NCBI GenBank assembly: GCA_964457505.1
Contig: CAYWFQ010000002.1
Coordinates: forward strand, 1-44,318
Length of the DNA: 44,318 bases
Direction: 5' to 3'
Source of the DNA: an uncultured Flavobacterium sp.
Lineage (GTDB): Bacteria; Bacteroidota; Bacteroidia; Flavobacteriales; Flavobacteriaceae
Below, piece after piece: positions 36,524 through 44,318 of this stretch. Every line of letters begins with the position of its first letter. Position 1 is the stretch's first letter. The notes beneath the pieces are model-generated. The model was not told the origin of the DNA. It was given only the letters and a program-made list of their open reading frames with translations, and made no database searches. A program made the position numbers and the translations under genes.

Positions 36524-38587
36524 TTAATTGTTCTCAATTTTAACTATCGTCATTGTACCATTATAAGGTAAAGTTCCTTTTGTAGTTAATGCTTGTTTTG
36601 CAGCTTCTATGGTGTCAAAAGATTCGTAGTAAATAAAATACTTACTCGAATTAGCATCGTAAAAGAAATTCACATTCTGTTGTCCTGCAGCCACTGTTTT
36701 GGTTAAGAAATCGTCTCTCTTAGTCACTTCATTATGCACCGCAATCACTACATAATACCCGCTTGGCACATTTTTAACCGTTTTTACAATTTGGACTTCT
36801 GGTTGTTCTTCACCAGAATCAAAATCTTTCGGTTCTAAAGGGAGTGCGCTCAAAACTGTCGTCTCCCTAATTCGCTTTAAGGTAGCTCTATCTTGGGCAA
36901 AACGATCGTCTACATTCATAAAAGATGCGCGTTTAATGCGACGTTTTTTCTCTACTTCAGTAGCTTCTTTAATTTGCTCCAATGTGCGATTCAAATCGAC
37001 ATTAGCTTGAACAGCTGCAATATGTTCTTGTTTTAGAGTTTGTATAGTCTGAGCATATTCATTCAATAGCGAAGCGTCTTTATCATTTCCACTTTTAAAT
37101 TTTTCATTGTAGGCGTTTTCAAGTTCTCTAATTTTATCCTTTTGATCTTTGGCTATAGCGGCAATTTGTGTTTGTAACGATTCTAATTCACTATTTTCAG
37201 CTGCACTACTTTTAAACGGTTTTGGCTCCGTATAAATTCCTTGTTCACTTAAATCATTTTCTTGTTTCATCTGTGCCAAATCGGCTTTTTTACTTGCAAT
37301 TGTAACCGATAAACGACTCAATAAATCATCCTGCTTCGTTTTGGTCACTTCCAAAGCAGCTGTTAAGTTGTCTATAGCAATAAACGTTCTGTCTTTTAAT
37401 TTCGGAACTACCTCTTCAACGCTGTCCTTTTTAGTCTGAACTACTACTTTTGTCACTGGTACAATTGTATCCTTTTTTAGTGCTGATTCAACTAATTGTT
37501 TTTTTGGCGCTATCGAATCTTGAACTGGTTTTGAAACTGCAATTGACCTTTCTTGTGTCGGAATAGCAATTACAGGTTGTGGGGTTTCTTTTGGTTTTTG
37601 AACCGATTTTTGTTGTGCATAAACTATCCCTCTATCAGAAGCCGGAGGAATAATTGAGCCGAGATCGTCTTCCTCGTAATTCGAATTTTGGTTGGAGAAT
37701 TTATAAGCTAACCCGATTTCATGTGAAGCTCCAAAATTGGTAAAATTGCCCAAGCCTCTTTCATAATTGTACTCAATTGCTAAGGATTGACTGAGGTTTA
37801 CACCTATCCCGCCTGAAGCCCCATAAATAGTATTATAACTTAATTGTGTCCAAAGCCCTTTGGGAATAGTTAGCATCGCAATACCAGAAATAGCTGTTTT
37901 CCCTTTTTTAAAATCAGATTTCACAATTGCCGAAAACTTACTTTTATCAAAAAAACCATTCGCCTCTATATAGCCCGTGTGCATCAATTGAACCGAAACA
38001 CTTTTCTCGGGATGGTCCACTACAAGTTCAGACGCTCTAAGATTATATACCAGAAAATTAGTTAATGACACCCCAAAATCAAGAAAGGTTGTGCCGTAAT
38101 TAATACCTGGATTGAATACAATAAAAGAACTAGAGGGAATGGTTTCAAATAAAGGATCTGGAAAATTTGTCACTATTTTTGAAGTATTTAAGCCGCTTTT
38201 ATAAAAGCCTAAATTCACCCCAAACGTTAAATTACTCTCGGTTTGCAATTCAATATTGTGCGCAAAATTCGCTACCGCTCCAAAAGTGGTTACAACGCCT
38301 TCATTTTGCTGAAACAATCCCAAGGCAACCCCTTCATTTTGTAAGAATCTACCCGAATAACTTACTAAATAAGTTTGAGGTGCATTCTCAAAAGACAGCC
38401 ATTGACGCTTGTTGTAGAAAGTGATAACTGGGGATTGTTCTCTAACAAATGAAAAGGTGGGATGTAGTAAAAATCGGTTCCACTTTAAGGAGTTCCGAAT
38501 AGGCAATGCCAATGAAGGCGTTACCTCCGACTGTGAAAAGAGGAAATTCGAAATACAAAAGACGAGAAGTAGAAGGTATTTTTTCAT
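36524..38587 (-). CDS. sprD: SprD homolog: PorP/SprF barrel + linker + coiled coil + SPOR-like C-terminus
   Basis: RNSLKWNRFLLHPTFSFVRE, QW..FENAP, SHEIGLAYKF; C-terminal GYYVVIAVH...YFIYY; lies between sprC and sprB. Confidence 0.82.
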   Translation of the reverse strand: MKKYLLLLVFCISNFLFSQSEVTPSLALPIRNSLKWNRFLLHPTFSFVREQSPVITFYNKRQWLSFENAPQTYLVSYSGRFLQNEGVALGLFQQNEGVVTTFGAVANFAHNIELQTESNLTFGVNLGFYKSGLNTSKIVTNFPDPLFETIPSSSFIVFNPGINYGTTFLDFGVSLTNFLVYNLRASELVVDHPEKSVSVQLMHTGYIEANGFFDKSKFSAIVKSDFKKGKTAISGIAMLTIPKGLWTQLSYNTIYGASGGIGVNLSQSLAIEYNYERGLGNFTNFGASHEIGLAYKFSNQNSNYEEDDLGSIIPPASDRGIVYAQQKSVQKPKETPQPVIAIPTQERSIAVSKPVQDSIAPKKQLVESALKKDTIVPVTKVVVQTKKDSVEEVVPKLKDRTFIAIDNLTAALEVTKTKQDDLLSRLSVTIASKKADLAQMKQENDLSEQGIYTEPKPFKSSAAENSELESLQTQIAAIAKDQKDKIRELENAYNEKFKSGNDKDASLLNEYAQTIQTLKQEHIAAVQANVDLNRTLEQIKEATEVEKKRRIKRASFMNVDDRFAQDRATLKRIRETTVLSALPLEPKDFDSGEEQPEVQIVKTVKNVPSGYYVVIAVHNEVTKRDDFLTKTVAAGQQNVNFFYDANSSKYFIYYESFDTIEAAKQALTTKGTLPYNGTMTIVKIENN

Positions 38588-38588
38588 T

Positions 38589-40031
38589 TTATCGAACGAT
38601 TGTAATTGTACCCTTTTTTACCGCTTCGTTTGGTGGGCTGATGATATAATAATAGACAGGATAAGTCTCTTTCAAACTAGTCCCGCTTTCAGGCCAATTG
38701 TTGTTGTATTCTTTGGTTCTTAGTACCACTTCACCAACAGGACTTACAATCAAGACTTCTACATCATTGCCAACGGTGTATTCTTGTGGCAATTGCCAAG
38801 TGTCATTAAAACCATCATTATTAGGGGTAACCACATTTGGAATTTCCTTTATGTTAGGGTCAAATAAAAACTGGACTTCAAATGGGATTTCATCCGAAAC
38901 AGGACATGTTGGGTGTGTTAATTTTACTTTGTAATTTCCTTCCTCACTCAATTCAATTGAGCTTGAATTAGCACTACTTATTGGATTATCATTTTTATAC
39001 CAAGAATAAATTGGATTAACCACATCTGAACTTACCGAAATCGTCGTTGTTGTATTAGACACAAGTTGAATTGGACTTGTCTGGTTTAATGTTCCTTTTA
39101 TTGATATCGATTTTAAATCAATACTGGCCTTGGATTCACAACCTCCAAAATTGACATTAACCGCATAATTCCCTAATTGATTTGTTTCAAAAGAGGATGA
39201 TGTTGCTCCTGTTACAGCAATATTGTCTTTATACCATTGGTACGAATTCCCTTTTTGAGTGCTTAATACTGTCGTTACGTTAGCGGCACAAAAAGGATTT
39301 CCTTGACTAGAAATTATTGATGCCGTGGTAGTAGCTGTGTTTAGAATAGTAACTCTATTCGAACTAAAATTAGCATCGGAACAGGAGCCATAATCCATTT
39401 CAGCGTAATATGTGCCTATTCGATTAACGGAAAGTGAGCTTGAATTTTCACCTGAAATAACCGTATTATCTTGATACCATTTGTATTTCAAATTCGGATA
39501 ATTTATTGGCGAGGAATTGGGATTCTCAGGCGTTGAATGATCAACACCTATAGAAAGAGAGCCACCAGGACATAAAGAAGCTGTGTTTTCTTTTTTATTA
39601 ATTGAAAAAGAATTTTCAAACGATTTAAAATAGATTGCAAACGATACGTTTGAAGCTGAATTAACAAAAGGTATGCTAAAAATACCTGTAGAGCTCTTTA
39701 CTCTTAGTTTGTAATTCTCAGAGCCTACAAGTGTTGCAGGAACAGAAAATCGAATTTTTTTTTGCGAACTAGAAATCGTTGTTGATGAAACTACCGTAGT
39801 TCCAATTGGATTAGTAAAAGCTCCCGATGGATCTGAAAGTTGGACTTCAAATTCAGTTCCAACTGGAAATCCCGAATGGTTAAACGTTGCATCAAAACCA
39901 TTGAAATTTCCAGCGCAAATTTTGGAAAAAACTAATTTCACAGGAGTAATTGTTTGCGCATTAACTATCATTGTTAATGGTAAACCCAAAAACAAGAGTA
40001 TGTAAAAAACCTTTTTTATAGATAGAATCAT
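38589..40031 (-). CDS. sprC: SprC homolog (Ig-like domains + type-B CTD)
   Basis: FEVQLSD..G.F, repeated Y.WYKD...I.GA...G.Y; CTD IPNVVTPNNDGFNDTW...KGTITIVR. Confidence 0.8.
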   Translation of the reverse strand: MILSIKKVFYILLFLGLPLTMIVNAQTITPVKLVFSKICAGNFNGFDATFNHSGFPVGTEFEVQLSDPSGAFTNPIGTTVVSSTTISSSQKKIRFSVPATLVGSENYKLRVKSSTGIFSIPFVNSASNVSFAIYFKSFENSFSINKKENTASLCPGGSLSIGVDHSTPENPNSSPINYPNLKYKWYQDNTVISGENSSSLSVNRIGTYYAEMDYGSCSDANFSSNRVTILNTATTTASIISSQGNPFCAANVTTVLSTQKGNSYQWYKDNIAVTGATSSSFETNQLGNYAVNVNFGGCESKASIDLKSISIKGTLNQTSPIQLVSNTTTTISVSSDVVNPIYSWYKNDNPISSANSSSIELSEEGNYKVKLTHPTCPVSDEIPFEVQFLFDPNIKEIPNVVTPNNDGFNDTWQLPQEYTVGNDVEVLIVSPVGEVVLRTKEYNNNWPESGTSLKETYPVYYYIISPPNEAVKKGTITIVR

Positions 40032-40122
40032 TGGGATGGGGGCTTTAAAAATTCTATTTTAAAAAGTTTTTTTGAAAGAAAGGGTGGTATTTAATATACT
40101 TTCAAATTGCATTCGGGACTAG

Positions 40123-41418
40123 TTAATCATTTTTGGATGCGGTTATTTTGCCAATATTTAATCTAAAATCAGGTCGTTTATCGTTGAAAGGATCGATGAA
40201 TGTTTCCAAATTCTCCCCTTGTGAATACACATTAAAAAAAGAAGCATTGCCGTACCAACTTTCTAAGTCTTCGTTATTAGAATTGTTTTCCAAAAAAATA
40301 TTGCCTTTACAAGCATTAAAATACATTTCTTGGAACTTTAGTTTTTTAAGACTTTCATCGTTTATCGTGATTTTTTCATCCAATACAATTGCTGGATTAA
40401 ACCCTGAAATCACCGATCGTTTAAAATCGACATTCGTATTTTCTGCAATATAGATAGACTCACGAACTAATCCTTGTTCCATATCCGTCTTGATGTTTTG
40501 ACTATTATTGACAAAAGTTAAATTAGTTGCTGTAACTAAGGTAAGCTTTTTGGTGAAATCTACTTCTTCTTTTTTATCATAAGAACACGCATACAAACAG
40601 CGAGAACCTGAACTACTTTGTAAATACGATGCTCGAATCGCTAATGAATTCTTAATATTAACCTGCGCTCCATAATTGAATTTAAAGTCATTACTGCTGC
40701 ATTTATAAGAAATTAATTTATTCAAATTAACATCACCTCCAAAAACTTCAAAAGAATCGCCTCCAGAGTTACTAGCCATTACGTTTTCAACAATAGTCTG
40801 ATTTCCTACACCTCCTAAAAACAAAGCGTTGTAATTACCAAACCCTTTAACTTTAGCACCTGCAAATTCAATCCTAACATAACGTAATATTCCTGAATTA
40901 CTAGTGTTGTTTGACCCTCCATAAGATGAAAAACCAGCGTCTAAATCAAAATTAACGGATGCAACATTTCCAAATTTATTAATTGGTGCCTCTCCTAAAA
41001 GTAGGATTCCGCCCCAATCGCCTGCTTTTCTAATGCTTTTACTAGATGTAAAAACAATTGGGTCGGTTTCGGTTCCTTCTGCAAGAATAGAAGCGCCTTT
41101 GGTAATAACAAGAGCGGCTTTAGATTCCGCATCGGCAATGATAACTGTTCCAGGTTCTATGGTGAGTTTGGCTTTATTCGTTACATATACGTTACCCATC
41201 AACAAATACACATTTTTCTTGTAGAGCTTAGAATCAACAGCAATTGTACCAGTAATTATTTGGTTGGGTTCGTTGTACTCTGATTTGTTGGGTTTGAACT
41301 CCGTCCAGTTATTTAACCAACTATTAAATCCGATAATTCCTTTTTCTTGTTGGGCATTACCAGTATAAAAAACCAGTAGCAATAAGGCTATTGTTGGGGA
41401 AAAATTTTTCATGGGCAT
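40123..41418 (-). CDS. Exported right-handed beta-helix protein upstream of sprC
   Basis: Signal peptide; LTIEPGTVI, AEGT..PIVFTS, GDWGGI, NSG.LRYVRIEFAG, LGGVG. Start 41418 or 41412. Confidence 0.75.
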   Translation of the reverse strand: MPMKNFSPTIALLLLVFYTGNAQQEKGIIGFNSWLNNWTEFKPNKSEYNEPNQIITGTIAVDSKLYKKNVYLLMGNVYVTNKAKLTIEPGTVIIADAESKAALVITKGASILAEGTETDPIVFTSSKSIRKAGDWGGILLLGEAPINKFGNVASVNFDLDAGFSSYGGSNNTSNSGILRYVRIEFAGAKVKGFGNYNALFLGGVGNQTIVENVMASNSGGDSFEVFGGDVNLNKLISYKCSSNDFKFNYGAQVNIKNSLAIRASYLQSSSGSRCLYACSYDKKEEVDFTKKLTLVTATNLTFVNNSQNIKTDMEQGLVRESIYIAENTNVDFKRSVISGFNPAIVLDEKITINDESLKKLKFQEMYFNACKGNIFLENNSNNEDLESWYGNASFFNVYSQGENLETFIDPFNDKRPDFRLNIGKITASKND

Positions 41419-41481
41419 TGGGATAAAATGAAACAATTGGCTTTAATTAAAAAACCATCTTAACATAAATAGTGTAACTAC

Positions 41482-41922
41482 TTATTGTTCCTCAAATTCG
41501 TGGAGTGATTTTAGTACATTTTCATAGAATAAAATAGCTGCAATGAGCTTATCCTTATCGGCATAAGGAAGAATTTTTCTTTGAAAATTAGTGGTAGTTT
41601 CTAGATATGTAAATGTAGCCTCTTCCTGAGAATCAAGCAATTTACGATAATCTGCTTCATCAGGAATACCTAGATCGACTAGTGTGACACCTGGTTTTGT
41701 TGCAAGGGCAACATAGGGTAAAGTTTTGGTAATTACAGAAGCACGTTCAATGCACAATTCTAAAAGTTCTTTTTTAGGCATTGAAGACAACTCTTTGTTG
41801 TCATGATACTTGCTGATTAACGCACTACGTTGAATAATGCTTTTTGGAATTACTTTTTTTTGTCCAAAGGCAATAGCCGTAAGAAAAAAAAGCGAACAGA
41901 TAAGGGATACTCTTGCTTTCAT
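41482..41922 (-). CDS. Small exported protein, probably RemF/RemG-like motility protein
   Basis: Signal peptide, about 146 aa, first gene of the spr cluster. Assigned from recalled F. johnsoniae synteny only. Confidence 0.55.
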   Translation of the reverse strand: MKARVSLICSLFFLTAIAFGQKKVIPKSIIQRSALISKYHDNKELSSMPKKELLELCIERASVITKTLPYVALATKPGVTLVDLGIPDEADYRKLLDSQEEATFTYLETTTNFQRKILPYADKDKLIAAILFYENVLKSLHEFEEQ

Positions 41923-42183
41923 TATATACAATTTATGTTATAAATTTTGTTTTGAAGCAGGTGGGGAAACTACTTCAAGGTGATAAAAGTATGCATTTTT
42001 TTGAAATTTCAATTATTCTGTAAAAAAAATATTGTTCAATTTGTCAAAAAACAACTAGTATAACAAATACTTAGTATCGTAAATAGTGATGTGGATTTTT
42101 CTAAGTCATTCTTATCTAGCGCTAAAGCTAGCTCAAAAAAAGACTTAACATCTGATTGTACTAAAAGTTTAGAAGCTAAAATT

Positions 42184-42212
42184 TTTGACTCTATCATTTT
42201 CTGTTATCTTTG
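42184..42212 (+). promoter_or_regulatory. holB promoter (TTTG-N17-TATCTTTG)
   Basis: tttg at 42184-42187, tatctttg at 42205-42212, ATG at 42217. Confidence 0.6.
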
Positions 42213-42216
42213 CTTT

Positions 42217-43353
42217 ATGCTATTTTCAGAAATTTTAGGACAAGAATACATCAAAAGTCATCTGACAAAAAGTGCTGATTTGGGGAGAATTCCTCATGCA
42301 CAATTATTTGTTGGACCTGAAGGGAGTGGAACGCTTCCTATGGCCATTGCCTATGCCCAATATATTTTATGTGGGAATGCAAATGGCGAAAATGAATCTT
42401 GTAAACTAAAGTTTGATAAGTTATCCCATCCTGATTTGCATTTTGTGTATCCAACAGTGGCTACTGAAGATGTAAAAAGCAAACCCAAAAGTATTGATTT
42501 TATTAGTGATTGGAGAGCGTTTGTTAGCCATAATCCCTATGGTAGTTTATTTGATTGGTACAGTATTTTAGGTGTAAACAACAAGCAAGGGTTAATAAGA
42601 GTAGAAGACGCAAGTGATATTTTAAAAACATTAGCGCTAAAGTCTTATGAAGGCGGTTATAAAATTATGATTGTTTGGATGGCTGATAAAATGAATACTG
42701 AGGCATCCAATAAATTGCTTAAATTATTAGAAGAACCACCTGAAAAAACAATTTTTATTCTTATTGTAGAACAAGAGGAAGATGTGATTCAAACGATCCG
42801 TTCGCGTTGTCAGGTGCTTCACTTTAGTGGACTGCCAGAAAATACAATAGCAGAAGCTTTGGTTAACCAAAAGCAAATAGATAGTAAACTGGCGACTACA
42901 ATTGCCCATCAAGCACAAGGAAATTACAACAAAGCCTTGCATTTATTACAAAATGACGAAGACGACTTTCCTTTTGACGAATGGTTTGTAACATGGGTAC
43001 GGGCGGCATTTAAAGCCAAAGGCAACGCCGCAGCTATTCAAGAGTTAATACAGTGGAGTGAACAGGTGGCTGTATTGGGTAGAGAAACACAAAAAAAATT
43101 CTTAGAATTTTGTATCGAAATGTTTCGACAAGCTTTGCTATTAAATTACGAAAGTCCTAGTTTAGTATATTTGGAGCCAAAGGTTGAAAAATTCAAGTTG
43201 GCAAATTTTGCTCTTTTTGTAAATGGTAACAACATTCATGAAATTTTTAAAGAATTATCAGATGCTATGTACCATATAGAACGAAACGGGAATGCCAAAA
43301 TTATACTAACAGACCTATCTATAAAATTAACTCGTTTAATCCATAAAAAATAA
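42217..43353 (+). CDS. holB: DNA polymerase III subunit delta'
   Basis: ILGQ, RIPHAQLFVGPEGSG, HPDLHF, ASNKLLKLLEEPP, TIRSRCQ. Start MLFSEILGQ. Confidence 0.9.
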   Translation: MLFSEILGQEYIKSHLTKSADLGRIPHAQLFVGPEGSGTLPMAIAYAQYILCGNANGENESCKLKFDKLSHPDLHFVYPTVATEDVKSKPKSIDFISDWRAFVSHNPYGSLFDWYSILGVNNKQGLIRVEDASDILKTLALKSYEGGYKIMIVWMADKMNTEASNKLLKLLEEPPEKTIFILIVEQEEDVIQTIRSRCQVLHFSGLPENTIAEALVNQKQIDSKLATTIAHQAQGNYNKALHLLQNDEDDFPFDEWFVTWVRAAFKAKGNAAAIQELIQWSEQVAVLGRETQKKFLEFCIEMFRQALLLNYESPSLVYLEPKVEKFKLANFALFVNGNNIHEIFKELSDAMYHIERNGNAKIILTDLSIKLTRLIHKK

Positions 43354-43358
43354 AGAGT

Positions 43359-43742
43359 ATGAATAATGTTGCATCCATCTTGATTTTAGTTTTTTTGACC
43401 ATCACCTTTTTGCAATCGGGTTATGATAAAATCTTTTATTGGAAAGATAATGTGGAATGGTTAAAAGGACATTTTGCTAAAACACAGTTAAAAAATCATG
43501 TGCCATTAGCATTGTTACATGTTCTGGTATTAGAATTAATTTCTACCATTTTATGTGCTGTAGGTGCAATCGAATTAATTCTCAATAGCGGAAGAACCTT
43601 TGGTTATTATGGAGCTGTTTTTTCTTGCATTACTTTGTTAATGCTTTTAGTAGGACAACGCTTAGCCAAAGATTACGATGGAGCACGAACAATTGTGATT
43701 TATTTTATTCCTGCAGTAATGGCAGTGTATTGGCTTAATTAA
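43359..43742 (+). CDS. DoxX-like membrane protein
   Basis: Four hydrophobic segments; FLQSGYDK, HF.KT, GQRLAKDY.GA. Confidence 0.75.
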   Translation: MNNVASILILVFLTITFLQSGYDKIFYWKDNVEWLKGHFAKTQLKNHVPLALLHVLVLELISTILCAVGAIELILNSGRTFGYYGAVFSCITLLMLLVGQRLAKDYDGARTIVIYFIPAVMAVYWLN

Positions 43743-43749
43743 AAATGTA

Positions 43750-44265
43750 ATGATGACACCAAAACATCCTTCAGAATCTTTAACGGTTTTAACCGACTTA
43801 GTATTGCCTAGTGAAACCAATCATTTGAATAATTTATTTGGAGGCGAATTGTTAGCCCGAATGGATAGAGCAGCGAGTATTGCAGCCCAACGTCATTCCA
43901 GAAACATTTGTGTAACTGCTTCTGTCAATCATGTGGCGTTTACTAAAGCTATTCCGTTAGGAAGTGTTGTTACGGTAGAAGCCAAAGTTTCTAGATCTTT
44001 TAGTAGTTCCATGGAAATCTATATTGATGTTTGGATTGAAGACCGTTCCTCTGGTAACAAAACAAAAACTATGGAGGCAATCTATACTTTTGTGGCTGTT
44101 GATGCCACTGGAAAGCCTGTAGAAGTTCCGCCAATTGTACCGCAAACTGAATTAGAACAACAGCGTTTTGATGCTGCACTTAGACGTAAACAATTAAGTT
44201 TAGTATTAGCTGGCAAAATGAAACCAAGTGATGCTACCGAATTAAAAGCCTTGTTTATGGCATAA
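43750..44265 (+). CDS. Acyl-CoA thioesterase (hotdog, YciA-like)
   Basis: VLPSETNHLNNLFGGELLARMD, VTASV, TFVAVD..GKP. Confidence 0.92.
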   Translation: MMTPKHPSESLTVLTDLVLPSETNHLNNLFGGELLARMDRAASIAAQRHSRNICVTASVNHVAFTKAIPLGSVVTVEAKVSRSFSSSMEIYIDVWIEDRSSGNKTKTMEAIYTFVAVDATGKPVEVPPIVPQTELEQQRFDAALRRKQLSLVLAGKMKPSDATELKALFMA

Positions 44266-44301
44266 AAAAATCCCCTTTTAAAATTAAAAGGGGATTTTTT
44301 T
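44264..44301 (+). terminator. Intrinsic, probably bidirectional terminator
   Basis: aaaaaaatcccctttta-aaat-taaaaggggattttttt perfect stem. Confidence 0.85.
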
Positions 44302-44318
44302 GTAGTTAAACGAACCTA

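Noticed and set aside
706-44145. Many 60-110 aa antisense or alternate-frame ORFs (e.g. 2223-2510, 11969-12262, 23597-23911, 35282-35614, 40133-40453)
   Set aside because: They lie inside well-supported genes and have no recognisable motifs; consistent with shadow ORFs.

Overview
AT-rich window of a Bacteroidota chromosome; gene content, gene order and TAnnTTTG promoters point to Flavobacterium. From left to right: (i) a partial 3'-5' exonuclease, ogt and a GH20 hexosaminidase; (ii) a heme-biosynthesis cluster (hemA-C-D-E-F-[YdeI/OmdA-CDGSH]-hemB on minus; AraC-hemH-hemJ-histidine kinase-enoyl-CoA hydratase on plus); (iii) lipid and envelope genes (acyl-ACP desaturase, PlsC-like acyltransferase, rnpA, S41 protease, double-OmpA protein, GNAT, lipoprotein, MltD, pgk); (iv) the gliding-motility adhesin locus (rem-like, beta-helix, sprC, sprD, sprB, sprF); (v) holB, DoxX and an acyl-CoA thioesterase. 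I saw no transposase, integrase, phage gene, rRNA, tRNA or CRISPR array. The best lead is a possible heme/Fe-S sensing module inside the hem cluster: an AraC regulator whose only Cys is in a CP motif, a [2Fe-2S]-type ferrochelatase and a YdeI-CDGSH fusion. Other leads are an SprB that seems to lack its N-terminal head and several distinct palindromic REP/MITE-like intergenic elements, one of them nested. Family calls come from motif recognition and recall; no searches were run.
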